DNA of 64,000 bases from a virus. Lineage: Duplodnaviria; Caudoviricetes. Location of the stretch: the IMG/VR virus record IMGVR_UViG_3300008262_003210; one strand, written 5' to 3'. Shown here in pieces: positions 30,432-39,217 of the stretch; position 1 is the first letter of the stretch; the number at the start of each line of letters is the position of its first letter. Position numbers and translations under genes: made by a program. The notes beneath the pieces were generated by a model. That model was not told the origin of the DNA. It searched no databases and worked only from the letters and a program-made list of their open reading frames with translations.

Positions 30432-32710
30432 AACCAAGTGATAACCTACAAGCAGTTTTTGAACGAGCTATTGAAACTGCTAAAAAACTACACCACGAGT
30501 ATTTGACAATTGAACATTTGTTATTTGCTATACTAATGGAGGAAGGGTTTAATAAAACTCTGCAAGGATACGGCACAAATGTAGATGACTTTAGGAAAAA
30601 TTTGATCAATTATCTACAAACAAAGTGTCAAGAAATCACTGTACCAGATGTAGTTGTAAAACCAAAGAAAACGCAAAGTGTTGAAAGAATTCTTAACCGA
30701 TCCTTTACTCAAGTGCTGTTCAATGGAAGACAACGTATCGAGCCAGCAGATGTCTTTTTATCTATGATGAGTGAAAAACGCAGTTGGGCGTTTTATTTCA
30801 TTCAGCAGGCTAACATTGATAAAGATAAATTTGCAGACTATCTAAACAGTTCTGTAGAAGAAACGGAAGAGGAAGAAGATCCAAGAGAGGGTATGGCTAA
30901 TAAAGCTCTTAGTGCATTTACTACTAACCTCAATGAACAGGTAAAGAAAAATAAAATTGATCCTGTCATTGGTCGTATAGATGAATTAGAAAACATTTCC
31001 CTAGCAATGGGTCGACGAAACAAAAATAATGTTATCTTAGTAGGCGATCCGGGTGTGGGTAAAACAGCTATTGCTGAAGGTTTGGCATATAATATTGTCA
31101 AAGGAGCAGTTCCCGACTTCCTAAAAGATTATACTGTTTTTAATTTAGATATCAGCAGTATGCTTGCAGGTAGCAAGTATCGTGGAGATTTTGAAGAACG
31201 ATTCAAAGCTGTACTAAAAGGTCTTAACAAAAAAGGAAAGACTATACTGTTTATTGACGAAGCGCACATGATTAGTGGAGCAGGATCTGCAAGCAATGGT
31301 GCAAATGATCTTGCTAACATGATGAAGCCTGCTCTGAGTAAGGGTAATATTAAAGTAATTGCTTCGACTACTTGGGAAGAGTACCGCAAGCATTTTGAAA
31401 AGGATCGTGCGTTGATGCGCCGTTTCCAACGCATTACTGTTGACGAGCCTACTCAAGAAGTTACTTTACAGATCTTAAAAGGACTTAAAAAATATTACGA
31501 AACGTTCCATAACGTTAAGATCAAAGACGATGCGCTCCAAGCATCTATTAAACTTAGTGTAAAATATCAAGCTGATAAGAAACTACCCGACAAAGCTATT
31601 GACTTAATCGACCTAGCTTGTAGTCGTTTCAATCTTAAACTTGCAGACGAACGAGTAGTAACTCAGCATGAAATTGAACACGAACTTTCAAAGGTTGTGC
31701 AGCTTCCTGAAGAAATAGTCAGTGAAACTGAAAGTCATAATCTTGCAACTTTACAAGATAAACTGCAAAGAGATGTTTACGGACAAGATCTTGCAGTACA
31801 AGAAGTTGTAGATAGAATCATTATTGCACAAGCTGGATTGAAAAACGAAAACAAACCCATTGGTAGTTTTGTGTTTATGGGTCCGACTGGCTGTGGTAAG
31901 ACAGAAACTGCAAAAAGTCTTGCTAAACACCTAGGAGTTAAACTGTTACGTTTTGATATGAGTGAATATCAAGAAAAGCATAGTATTAGTAAGTTGATTG
32001 GTAGCCCTCCAGGTTACGTTGGCTTTGAAGAAAATGCAGGCCAACTTATTACTAGCATTCAGGAAAATCCAAATGCTGTATTGTTATTCGATGAAGTTGA
32101 AAAATCACATCCAGATGTGTCGACTGTACTACTACAAATGATGGATAACGGTTTTATTACAGGATCAAATGGAAAACGTGCAGATTGCCGTCAATTAGTT
32201 TTAATTCTAACTACTAATGCTGGCGCACAAGAAGCCGATAAAAATGCTATTGGGTTTGGTAGTCAGCAAAAGGAATACAGCGATAAAGAACTTAATAAAT
32301 TCTTCACACCAGAATTCCGTAATCGACTAGATGGTATTGTTACTTTTAACAAACTAGGTAAGGATACTATGATAAAAGTCGTTGGTAAATTTATCGACGA
32401 GCTTAAAGAACAGGTTAAGGAAAAAGGAATCCGTGTTAAAGCTGATAAATCCGCTATTGATTGGTTAATTGAAAAAGGGTTTGACAGCAAAATGGGTGCT
32501 CGTCCTTTACAACGTGTCATTGATAAAGAAATCAAACGTGATCTTTCTAAAATGATGTTGTTTGGTGAGCTGAAGAACGGAGGCTGGTTAACTATCAGTG
32601 CAGATGATTCAAAACTCGTACTAATAGCTAAACCAAAAACTCCTAAAGTTCCGTTGTTAACTATTGAAAATATAGATACAACAATTGAAGATGTTAACGA
32701 AAACAACTAA
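30425..32710 (+). CDS. clpA: ClpA-like AAA+ unfoldase
   Basis: Clp N-domain, two Walker A (GDPGVGKT, GPTGCGKT), IGF loop, 761 aa, no ClpB middle domain. Confidence 0.88.
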   Translation: MVEPSDNLQAVFERAIETAKKLHHEYLTIEHLLFAILMEEGFNKTLQGYGTNVDDFRKNLINYLQTKCQEITVPDVVVKPKKTQSVERILNRSFTQVLFNGRQRIEPADVFLSMMSEKRSWAFYFIQQANIDKDKFADYLNSSVEETEEEEDPREGMANKALSAFTTNLNEQVKKNKIDPVIGRIDELENISLAMGRRNKNNVILVGDPGVGKTAIAEGLAYNIVKGAVPDFLKDYTVFNLDISSMLAGSKYRGDFEERFKAVLKGLNKKGKTILFIDEAHMISGAGSASNGANDLANMMKPALSKGNIKVIASTTWEEYRKHFEKDRALMRRFQRITVDEPTQEVTLQILKGLKKYYETFHNVKIKDDALQASIKLSVKYQADKKLPDKAIDLIDLACSRFNLKLADERVVTQHEIEHELSKVVQLPEEIVSETESHNLATLQDKLQRDVYGQDLAVQEVVDRIIIAQAGLKNENKPIGSFVFMGPTGCGKTETAKSLAKHLGVKLLRFDMSEYQEKHSISKLIGSPPGYVGFEENAGQLITSIQENPNAVLLFDEVEKSHPDVSTVLLQMMDNGFITGSNGKRADCRQLVLILTTNAGAQEADKNAIGFGSQQKEYSDKELNKFFTPEFRNRLDGIVTFNKLGKDTMIKVVGKFIDELKEQVKEKGIRVKADKSAIDWLIEKGFDSKMGARPLQRVIDKEIKRDLSKMMLFGELKNGGWLTISADDSKLVLIAKPKTPKVPLLTIENIDTTIEDVNENN

Positions 32711-33311
32711 AAGCCTATTTAACGGAAGGTATCAGTACAAACTAGTGTTAGTTTGTGCTGGTGCTAACTGGTTTCGCGGAGGAGATTGGGCTGGTACTTT
32801 AGAAAATCTACAAAAAATAACTTTAAATGACAGTAAAACTTCGAGGACTGGTATCAAAACTCAAGAAGATCTCGATTACGCATTTAAATTACAATCTCAG
32901 TTAAAAAAACTAAAAGACATAACTGTAAGAGTAGAAACTCCGTGGATAAGTGTTTACAGCAATAACAAAGCTGAAATTGATTCACTTATAAAACTAGATA
33001 GAGCAAGGGTCAAGTACATCAGTGTTCCGCCGAGTAATAATACCTTAACAGAAGGTGTTATTATTTCACCCAAGGTAAACTACGAATTCAAGGTCACTAT
33101 GGGTAAGTCAGGTACACAACAGTCAGCTTTTGTATCCTGGGCAGAATCAAACCCTAAAGTTAAACTCACTAAAAGTTGCAAGAAAGAACTGAGCAGAGAT
33201 CGCAGTTGGGGCGGCAGCTACTTCTATATAACGGGCGAAAAGAATCTTTTGTTAGCAAAAATGCACTTAGGCGGCTCAATAAACAAGATTGAGCGCATCG
33301 TCAAAGGCTGA
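32691..33311 (+). CDS. hypothetical protein
   Basis: ~206 aa ORF overlapping clpA end. Confidence 0.7.
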   Translation: MLTKTTKSLFNGRYQYKLVLVCAGANWFRGGDWAGTLENLQKITLNDSKTSRTGIKTQEDLDYAFKLQSQLKKLKDITVRVETPWISVYSNNKAEIDSLIKLDRARVKYISVPPSNNTLTEGVIISPKVNYEFKVTMGKSGTQQSAFVSWAESNPKVKLTKSCKKELSRDRSWGGSYFYITGEKNLLLAKMHLGGSINKIERIVKG

Positions 33312-33384
33312 ACCCTAAAACCTTTTTCCGATAAATAGTATATTAATGCAGGATAACTGTGACTATAATTTACGGGCTTAAAAT

Positions 33385-33756
33385 ATGCGAATTAGAGAAC
33401 TACTTGAAGGTAAAAAATTTAACGATTTAGATTTTGTCACCAAGGACCAGGACGGTGAAAGCATCAACTATGACTTAATTGAAGATCTTACATTCTTCAT
33501 GAATAACGACGACGATGCTTATAGACGTCATTTATACCCTAGTCTAGCTAAATGTTTAGATCAACTAAAATCAAAGAAAAACACAACACCGTCCTTTTTT
33601 GAATCAGCGGTTGAAAACAGCTACAACGATTATTGTAAAAAATATCCTATTCGCCAACTTCCGTCTAGCATAGAAAAAGAAATGTTTGAAGAAATTTGCA
33701 AAAAATTACATGACGATGTTTGCAAAGATTACGAAGACGGAAAGTACAAGGACTAA
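33385..33756 (+). CDS. hypothetical, putative internal head protein
   Basis: Starts MRIRELLE; TAAATA at 33332. Confidence 0.65.
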   Translation: MRIRELLEGKKFNDLDFVTKDQDGESINYDLIEDLTFFMNNDDDAYRRHLYPSLAKCLDQLKSKKNTTPSFFESAVENSYNDYCKKYPIRQLPSSIEKEMFEEICKKLHDDVCKDYEDGKYKD

Positions 33757-33758
33757 CT

Positions 33759-34910
33759 GTGTTACTTCGAGAATTATTTTATTTTGAAAATGCTCCGGCA
33801 AAAAAGAAGTTAGGCCGTGCATTTAATCACCTCGAAGATTTGGTATTCTTTTACGGAAGTGCAGGAACACTCGAAGCGTTAGATCATTTAAAAGATTTAG
33901 CAACAGCTGAAGGTGCAAAAAGTGTTAGAATGAAATGGGACGGCAATCCTCAAATATATTGGGGAAGAGAAACAGCCGGCGGTCCGTTAATACTTGCGGG
34001 ACACAACGGTTGGAGTAGAGGCGCAAAATATTCTAATAAAAAAGATATCTATAATTTTATTGCACATCAAAGTGGTAGACCTGGAACACCAGAGCAACAA
34101 AAAGAAAGAGAAACATTTGCTAAACAGTTTGCAAATCTCTATCCGTTGTTTGATGCTGCAACTCCAAGAGACTTTGTTGGATTTGTTTACGCAGACGGAT
34201 TATTCTTACAAAGGCCGCAAGTAGATCAAGCAGGCGTTTATACTTTTTGTCCAAACCCAAATAGCCAAACTTGTTATCATGTAAAAGCGGAAAGCGAACT
34301 AGGTCAAAGAATTAGTCGAGCACAAGTAATGGTTGTAGGACATGCTTATTTTGAAAGTTTTGGTATGGACGACAGCGAACAACAGCCCATGGACGATTTT
34401 AGTACGTTTAATCAGACTGTAGGTTTGATTGTACAAGGGCCTATCTATAATCAAGCAGAGATAAAAATAGAAACACAAGAGATAGATCAAGTTGAAAATT
34501 ATCTGCAAAAACATTCTTCACAGATAGACGGATTTTTACAAGGTGTTCCTGGTATGAGTGACCTTAAAGACATTTTGTATAAGTTTGTCAATCAGACTGC
34601 TAAAGCAAAAAACTTAGATAATATAGGAACAGATTTATTTTTCCAATGGTTAAGTAGTAGCGGTGTTAGCGGACCAAAACAACAAAAGATAAATCAACTA
34701 AGTCAACAATTTAACGGCGCATTAGAAGCAATTTTTACACTAGTAAGACAAATACAAGATATTAAAGATAATGTAATTGATCAAATCGAAGCAGGACACT
34801 CAGCAGATGTGTGGGATACTAACGGCGAAGGCCGTGTAAGATACGCTGGACCTAATAAAAAGTTTGGTAATATTAAATTAGTACCTAGAAAACGTTGGAC
34901 ACCAAAATGA
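33759..34910 (+). CDS. ligase-like covalent nucleotidyltransferase-fold protein
   Basis: GTG start gives MLLRELFYFE; motif I KWDG, motif IV-like GEGRV, motif V-like IKLV. Confidence 0.6.
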   Translation: MLLRELFYFENAPAKKKLGRAFNHLEDLVFFYGSAGTLEALDHLKDLATAEGAKSVRMKWDGNPQIYWGRETAGGPLILAGHNGWSRGAKYSNKKDIYNFIAHQSGRPGTPEQQKERETFAKQFANLYPLFDAATPRDFVGFVYADGLFLQRPQVDQAGVYTFCPNPNSQTCYHVKAESELGQRISRAQVMVVGHAYFESFGMDDSEQQPMDDFSTFNQTVGLIVQGPIYNQAEIKIETQEIDQVENYLQKHSSQIDGFLQGVPGMSDLKDILYKFVNQTAKAKNLDNIGTDLFFQWLSSSGVSGPKQQKINQLSQQFNGALEAIFTLVRQIQDIKDNVIDQIEAGHSADVWDTNGEGRVRYAGPNKKFGNIKLVPRKRWTPK

Positions 34911-35914
34911 GATTAAGAGAATTATTTGAAAACATATACGAGATAGCTGACGACACAAAACCGTTTGACGGTGGTTTAAAAACTATCGGCATTTGCTACG
35001 GGCGTTGGAATCCTCCACATCAAGGGCACAGAGAAGTATGGAAAGAAGCGTCTAAAAATCCTGTTTGGTTTGTAGGCACTAATCAAGATACAGCTGGTCC
35101 TAAAGATCCGTTGCCATATGAAGTGAAATTACAATGCATGGCTGCTGTTTGGCCAAAAGTTGCTGGGCATGTTATTCCAGAACAAGATTTATTTGTAATG
35201 GCTACTCATATATACGAACAGTATGGTGAAAACGTAAATTTAAATGTCTATACAGACGAAGAATGGTTAGTTAGTAGTTTACAAAAATACAACGGTTTAA
35301 TGAATCAAAAACACGGTGGCTATAAATTTACACAAATTGATTGGAAGAAAACAAAACGTCTAGCTCGTGCTACTGATTTACGTAATTCGGTTAGAGATGG
35401 AGATGCTGCAAAATTTTATAAAGATGCAGGTGTACCATCTAACACTATGATAGCATTAGGAGAGAAGTCATATCCTATGTTTGAGATTGTAGCACATTTC
35501 TTAAACAAATATCCTGATAAAAGTAAAAAAGCCGCAGTAGCAGAAGGTTCAGTTGGTAAGGGCGGAACAAAAACTATCGACAAAGAAAAGAAAGCTGCTA
35601 TGAAAAATGCTCTTACAATGCCTGATTTAAATATGAGCACTGGCCGCGGCGGCGCATATATGAATTATCGAATGGCAATTGCTCTAGCAGGTGCTCCTAA
35701 TTTCCCAACTAAGATGGAAGCAGACAACTGGATTGGCGGCGATCCTTTGCTTAGTTCTTATACTGAAGAAGAATTTGAAATGGTCAAAGCTGCAGCCAAA
35801 CAAGTTGGTGCTGGCACTATACAAAACTGGTCAGGCAATCGTAGTCAAGAAATCGCAGACGTAAATAAGACTAGTCCAGTTGCCAAGCCTAAAAAGAACA
35901 AATACGGAGTTTAA
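34907..35914 (+). CDS. HxGH nucleotidyltransferase (cytidyltransferase/NMNAT-like) with extra C-terminal domain
   Basis: YGRWNPPHQGH; RATDLR; starts MRLRELFE. Confidence 0.75.
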   Translation: MRLRELFENIYEIADDTKPFDGGLKTIGICYGRWNPPHQGHREVWKEASKNPVWFVGTNQDTAGPKDPLPYEVKLQCMAAVWPKVAGHVIPEQDLFVMATHIYEQYGENVNLNVYTDEEWLVSSLQKYNGLMNQKHGGYKFTQIDWKKTKRLARATDLRNSVRDGDAAKFYKDAGVPSNTMIALGEKSYPMFEIVAHFLNKYPDKSKKAAVAEGSVGKGGTKTIDKEKKAAMKNALTMPDLNMSTGRGGAYMNYRMAIALAGAPNFPTKMEADNWIGGDPLLSSYTEEEFEMVKAAAKQVGAGTIQNWSGNRSQEIADVNKTSPVAKPKKNKYGV

Positions 35915-35916
35915 AA

Positions 35917-36357
35917 GTGGAAGACGAAAAATATTTTGCAGCATTAAAAACAGCATTTGCCAGTGAATACGCTTTTGCATTAAAAGCACAAAACTTCCAT
36001 TGGAACATTGAAGGTCCAAACTTTCCACAGTATCATGCTTTGTTTGAAAAGATCTATGATGAAGTGTACGGCATAATTGATGACTTTGCTGAAAATCTAC
36101 GTAAAGTAGGAACATATACACCTGCTAGTTTTTCACGTTTTAATATGTTGACTATGATTGAAGATGAAACACAAATGCTAGACGAACGTTCTATGCTAGC
36201 CGAATTGTACGCAGACAGTGAAAAAATGGCCAATATCTTTAAAGCTATTTTTCAACTAGCCGAGGAACGCGGAGAGCATGGGTTAAGCGATTTCTTTGCT
36301 GCAAGACAAGATGCACACAAAAAACATAGTTGGATGCTAAGAGCAACACTAAAATAA
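35917..36357 (+). CDS. dps: Dps/ferritin-like protein
   Basis: HWNIEG, HALFEKIY, DDFAENLR, HKKHSWML. Confidence 0.9.
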   Translation: MEDEKYFAALKTAFASEYAFALKAQNFHWNIEGPNFPQYHALFEKIYDEVYGIIDDFAENLRKVGTYTPASFSRFNMLTMIEDETQMLDERSMLAELYADSEKMANIFKAIFQLAEERGEHGLSDFFAARQDAHKKHSWMLRATLK

Positions 36358-36358
36358 T

Positions 36359-36589
36359 ATGGATGAACTAGCTCAAATTAAAAAGTTAGCCGGCATTAAA
36401 CCTTTCCCAGGTTTAACAGAGTATTCTATCGAAGACGGTAGTAATATTAGTTTGACTGGCAACGAAAAAGGCGAGCTAATGAAAAAACATAACATCAAAC
36501 CTGGAACACCTGAATGGTTTCAATTATGGTTTAGTTTACCTAAACTTACAGGAGAAAAACCTGTTGGTCCAGGAATAAGGAAAAAGTAA
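36359..36589 (+). CDS. hypothetical protein
   Basis: 76 aa; DELAQIKKLAGI resembles motifs in neighbouring ORFs. Confidence 0.65.
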   Translation: MDELAQIKKLAGIKPFPGLTEYSIEDGSNISLTGNEKGELMKKHNIKPGTPEWFQLWFSLPKLTGEKPVGPGIRKK

Positions 36590-37125
36590 TGAAAGTTATA
36601 GAAATTTTATCAGAAATGAGAGGACGTAGAGATGCGTATCAACGTGATTACGATTCTAGCGTAATCGGAATGGGTAAGCGAGATAGCTACGCATATCAAC
36701 AAGATGGCGGTGCTAATGACGAAGGTTGGGATCGTGAAGAACCTGCTAAAGATGCGCCACACGATGTACATATCGATGGCCGCAAATGGAAAACGTTTGG
36801 GTCACGCGGCCACGCTAGTAATGTTGCTCGTAAACTACAATCTAAAGGTAAAAAAGCTACAGTACATAGATCATTAGATGAAACAGCAACACCTGGAGCT
36901 ACAAGTGCAGCTAATGTAGGTACAGTAGATGCACCACATATTAGCCCAGGAAAATCTCGTGGAAAAAAGAGTTACATTGGCAGTCCTTGGGGTGGTAAAT
37001 CGGGTACAAAATCCCCTGCACAACCCAAAGTAAAACAACCTAAAAAATCAGATGGCACAGCAGTAAACGGCTTAGACATAAAAGGCTCAAGTTTATTTGG
37101 TGGGCCGACCATTAAAAGAAGCTAA
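36589..37125 (+). CDS. hypothetical modular protein, putative internal head protein
   Basis: Starts MKVIEILSE; basic low-complexity C-terminus. Confidence 0.65.
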   Translation: MKVIEILSEMRGRRDAYQRDYDSSVIGMGKRDSYAYQQDGGANDEGWDREEPAKDAPHDVHIDGRKWKTFGSRGHASNVARKLQSKGKKATVHRSLDETATPGATSAANVGTVDAPHISPGKSRGKKSYIGSPWGGKSGTKSPAQPKVKQPKKSDGTAVNGLDIKGSSLFGGPTIKRS

Positions 37126-37149
37126 ATATACAATAACGGAGTTTATACC

Positions 37150-38862
37150 ATGCACGACGACATGCAACCAGATACATTAAATCCAGTACCAGCTGGAGCA
37201 CAACAAGATCACGAAGGCGCTATGGCCCGTGCTGATCTTTACAAATTAGCCAACTATTCGCTTAAATTATTTAAGAAATTAGATGATTCTGCTCAACTAG
37301 AAGGTTGGGTACAGGCTAAAATTACTAAAGCAGCTGACTATGTTGCCAGCGTTTATCACTATATGGAATATGAAATGAAATTCAACGAATATGGTGAACA
37401 CTTGGCCAATGCTGAAGTTATGAGCGAAGGACAAAAAGCTCAAATTATTAATAAGTTAACTGAAGCTCGTCAAAAGGTTGCAGCACTAAAGAAAATTCAA
37501 GCAGACAAGATGTCTGGTAAAAAAGTTGATGAAGGTGTACTTAGCGGTGGTGAACGTCCGTGTGCAGAGTGTGGTGGGAGCGGAATGGTTTATGAAGAAC
37601 CAAAAGCAGTTCCAGATCATGTTAAAGGTAAAGTAGACAAGTATAAGCGCCTAACTAAAGCTATGCATGCCGCCAGCAAGCGTTTGGATAGAAACAACAA
37701 CGGTATTCCTGATCATTTAGAGAACGATCAAGAAGTAGGAGAAGACCAAGGCGACCTTAAAAAAGTTGGTGATACAACTAAAACTTCTAAAGGTGGCACC
37801 GTAACTAAAACTTCAACTGGTATCAAGCACGAGCGTGATCCAAGCAGTTATGATGACGGCGGTGATGCTGACGAAAAATCTGGAAAAGGCACCAAGAGTC
37901 ATGCTAAAGCACAGTCTGCAGCTGAAAAGAAAGAACGTGCTCCTGCACAAAAACAGTCTAAGACTGGTACATGGGGCATGAAGGATGGTGCTAAGTTTGA
38001 CAATCGTAAGAAAGAAAAAGCTGTTGACGAAACATTTGGTCAAGGCGTTTACGCAGAAGGAAAAGGCAAGAAGCCAGACTTCTTAGACATGGATAAAGAT
38101 GGCGACAAAAAAGAGCCAATGAAAAAAGCTGTCGCTGATAAAAAAGCAGGTCCAAAGAAAGGTGTAAATCCTTTTGCTAAAAAAACTAATGAAGCATTAA
38201 AAGGCGGTCAACATAAACTAGATGTAGACGATGATGGCGATATCGAAGGCGACGATCTAGCAGACTTACGTGCTGGTAAGAAAAAGAAAGAAAAGAAAGT
38301 TGACGAGTCAGGTAAAAAGACTATGAGTCAGGCCGCAAAAGGAAACGAAAAATACGGCAAGGATGGCATGAAGGCACTAGCTAAAGCAGGTCGCAATGGC
38401 GCAAGTGAAAAGAAATTAGATGCTATTCGTGACAAGCACGACAACTATTCAGAGTCATGGAAGCTAAAAGCTAAAGCTCTTAAAGAAAACTTAGATGCAA
38501 TGACACCAGATCAAGATATGGAACTCAGTCTTGACGAAGCAGGTCAGATAGATTTAACAGCATTGTTACAGCAAATACAGCAAACAGATCCAAAAGGATT
38601 AGAGCAAGCCATTGCAGCTGAACAAACTACTCCTGGATCAATTGCAAAATTTATGGATTCTAAAATGAAAGGTGGCGCAAAACCTGGACAATCACCTACA
38701 CCAGATGCAAGTGCAACACCAGCAAATCCTACACCTAATCCAACAATGGGTCAAGCACCAACAGCACAACAAGATACTGCTATGGATGATCCAGCTAATC
38801 AAATCAACGAATCTTCTGAATTAGATCGCATGAAACAATTCTTAACAAGATTAAACGGATAA
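37150..38862 (+). CDS. charged low-complexity protein, putative prohead core/scaffold-like
   Basis: 570 aa, Lys/Asp-rich, DxDxDG-like loops; TAAATA at 37123. Confidence 0.6.
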   Translation: MHDDMQPDTLNPVPAGAQQDHEGAMARADLYKLANYSLKLFKKLDDSAQLEGWVQAKITKAADYVASVYHYMEYEMKFNEYGEHLANAEVMSEGQKAQIINKLTEARQKVAALKKIQADKMSGKKVDEGVLSGGERPCAECGGSGMVYEEPKAVPDHVKGKVDKYKRLTKAMHAASKRLDRNNNGIPDHLENDQEVGEDQGDLKKVGDTTKTSKGGTVTKTSTGIKHERDPSSYDDGGDADEKSGKGTKSHAKAQSAAEKKERAPAQKQSKTGTWGMKDGAKFDNRKKEKAVDETFGQGVYAEGKGKKPDFLDMDKDGDKKEPMKKAVADKKAGPKKGVNPFAKKTNEALKGGQHKLDVDDDGDIEGDDLADLRAGKKKKEKKVDESGKKTMSQAAKGNEKYGKDGMKALAKAGRNGASEKKLDAIRDKHDNYSESWKLKAKALKENLDAMTPDQDMELSLDEAGQIDLTALLQQIQQTDPKGLEQAIAAEQTTPGSIAKFMDSKMKGGAKPGQSPTPDASATPANPTPNPTMGQAPTAQQDTAMDDPANQINESSELDRMKQFLTRLNG

Positions 38863-38866
38863 AAGC

Positions 38867-39184
38867 ATGGACACAGGTTTAAAATCAGATATAACTAAGT
38901 TTTTATCTATTATAGATAAAAATGATGTTTCTATTCTGAAAGAAGAACAGGATAATAATCGTGTGCTTAATGAGGGTGCAAACCCTCATAAAGTATCGTT
39001 GCCTGTTCAAATGGCCATGCAACATTATCAAAAAGATGCTGTTAAAAAAGATTCGGTGTTAAAAAAATATTTTAAAGAAGCAGAAGAATCTGCTTTACAA
39101 ATAACAGCTGAAAGAAAAAAAATGTTGTCTCAATATGCACAAAAAATTTCTAATAAAATTTTAGAAAGATCTAGAGGTATTTAA
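38867..39184 (+). CDS. hypothetical protein
   Basis: 105 aa ORF in operon. Confidence 0.65.
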   Translation: MDTGLKSDITKFLSIIDKNDVSILKEEQDNNRVLNEGANPHKVSLPVQMAMQHYQKDAVKKDSVLKKYFKEAEESALQITAERKKMLSQYAQKISNKILERSRGI

Positions 39185-39217
39185 ACAACAAATTATAATT
39201 TGAATCAGGAAAATAAA

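Noticed and set aside
30425-32710. ClpB annotation
   Set aside because: No middle coiled-coil domain and the IGF loop is present
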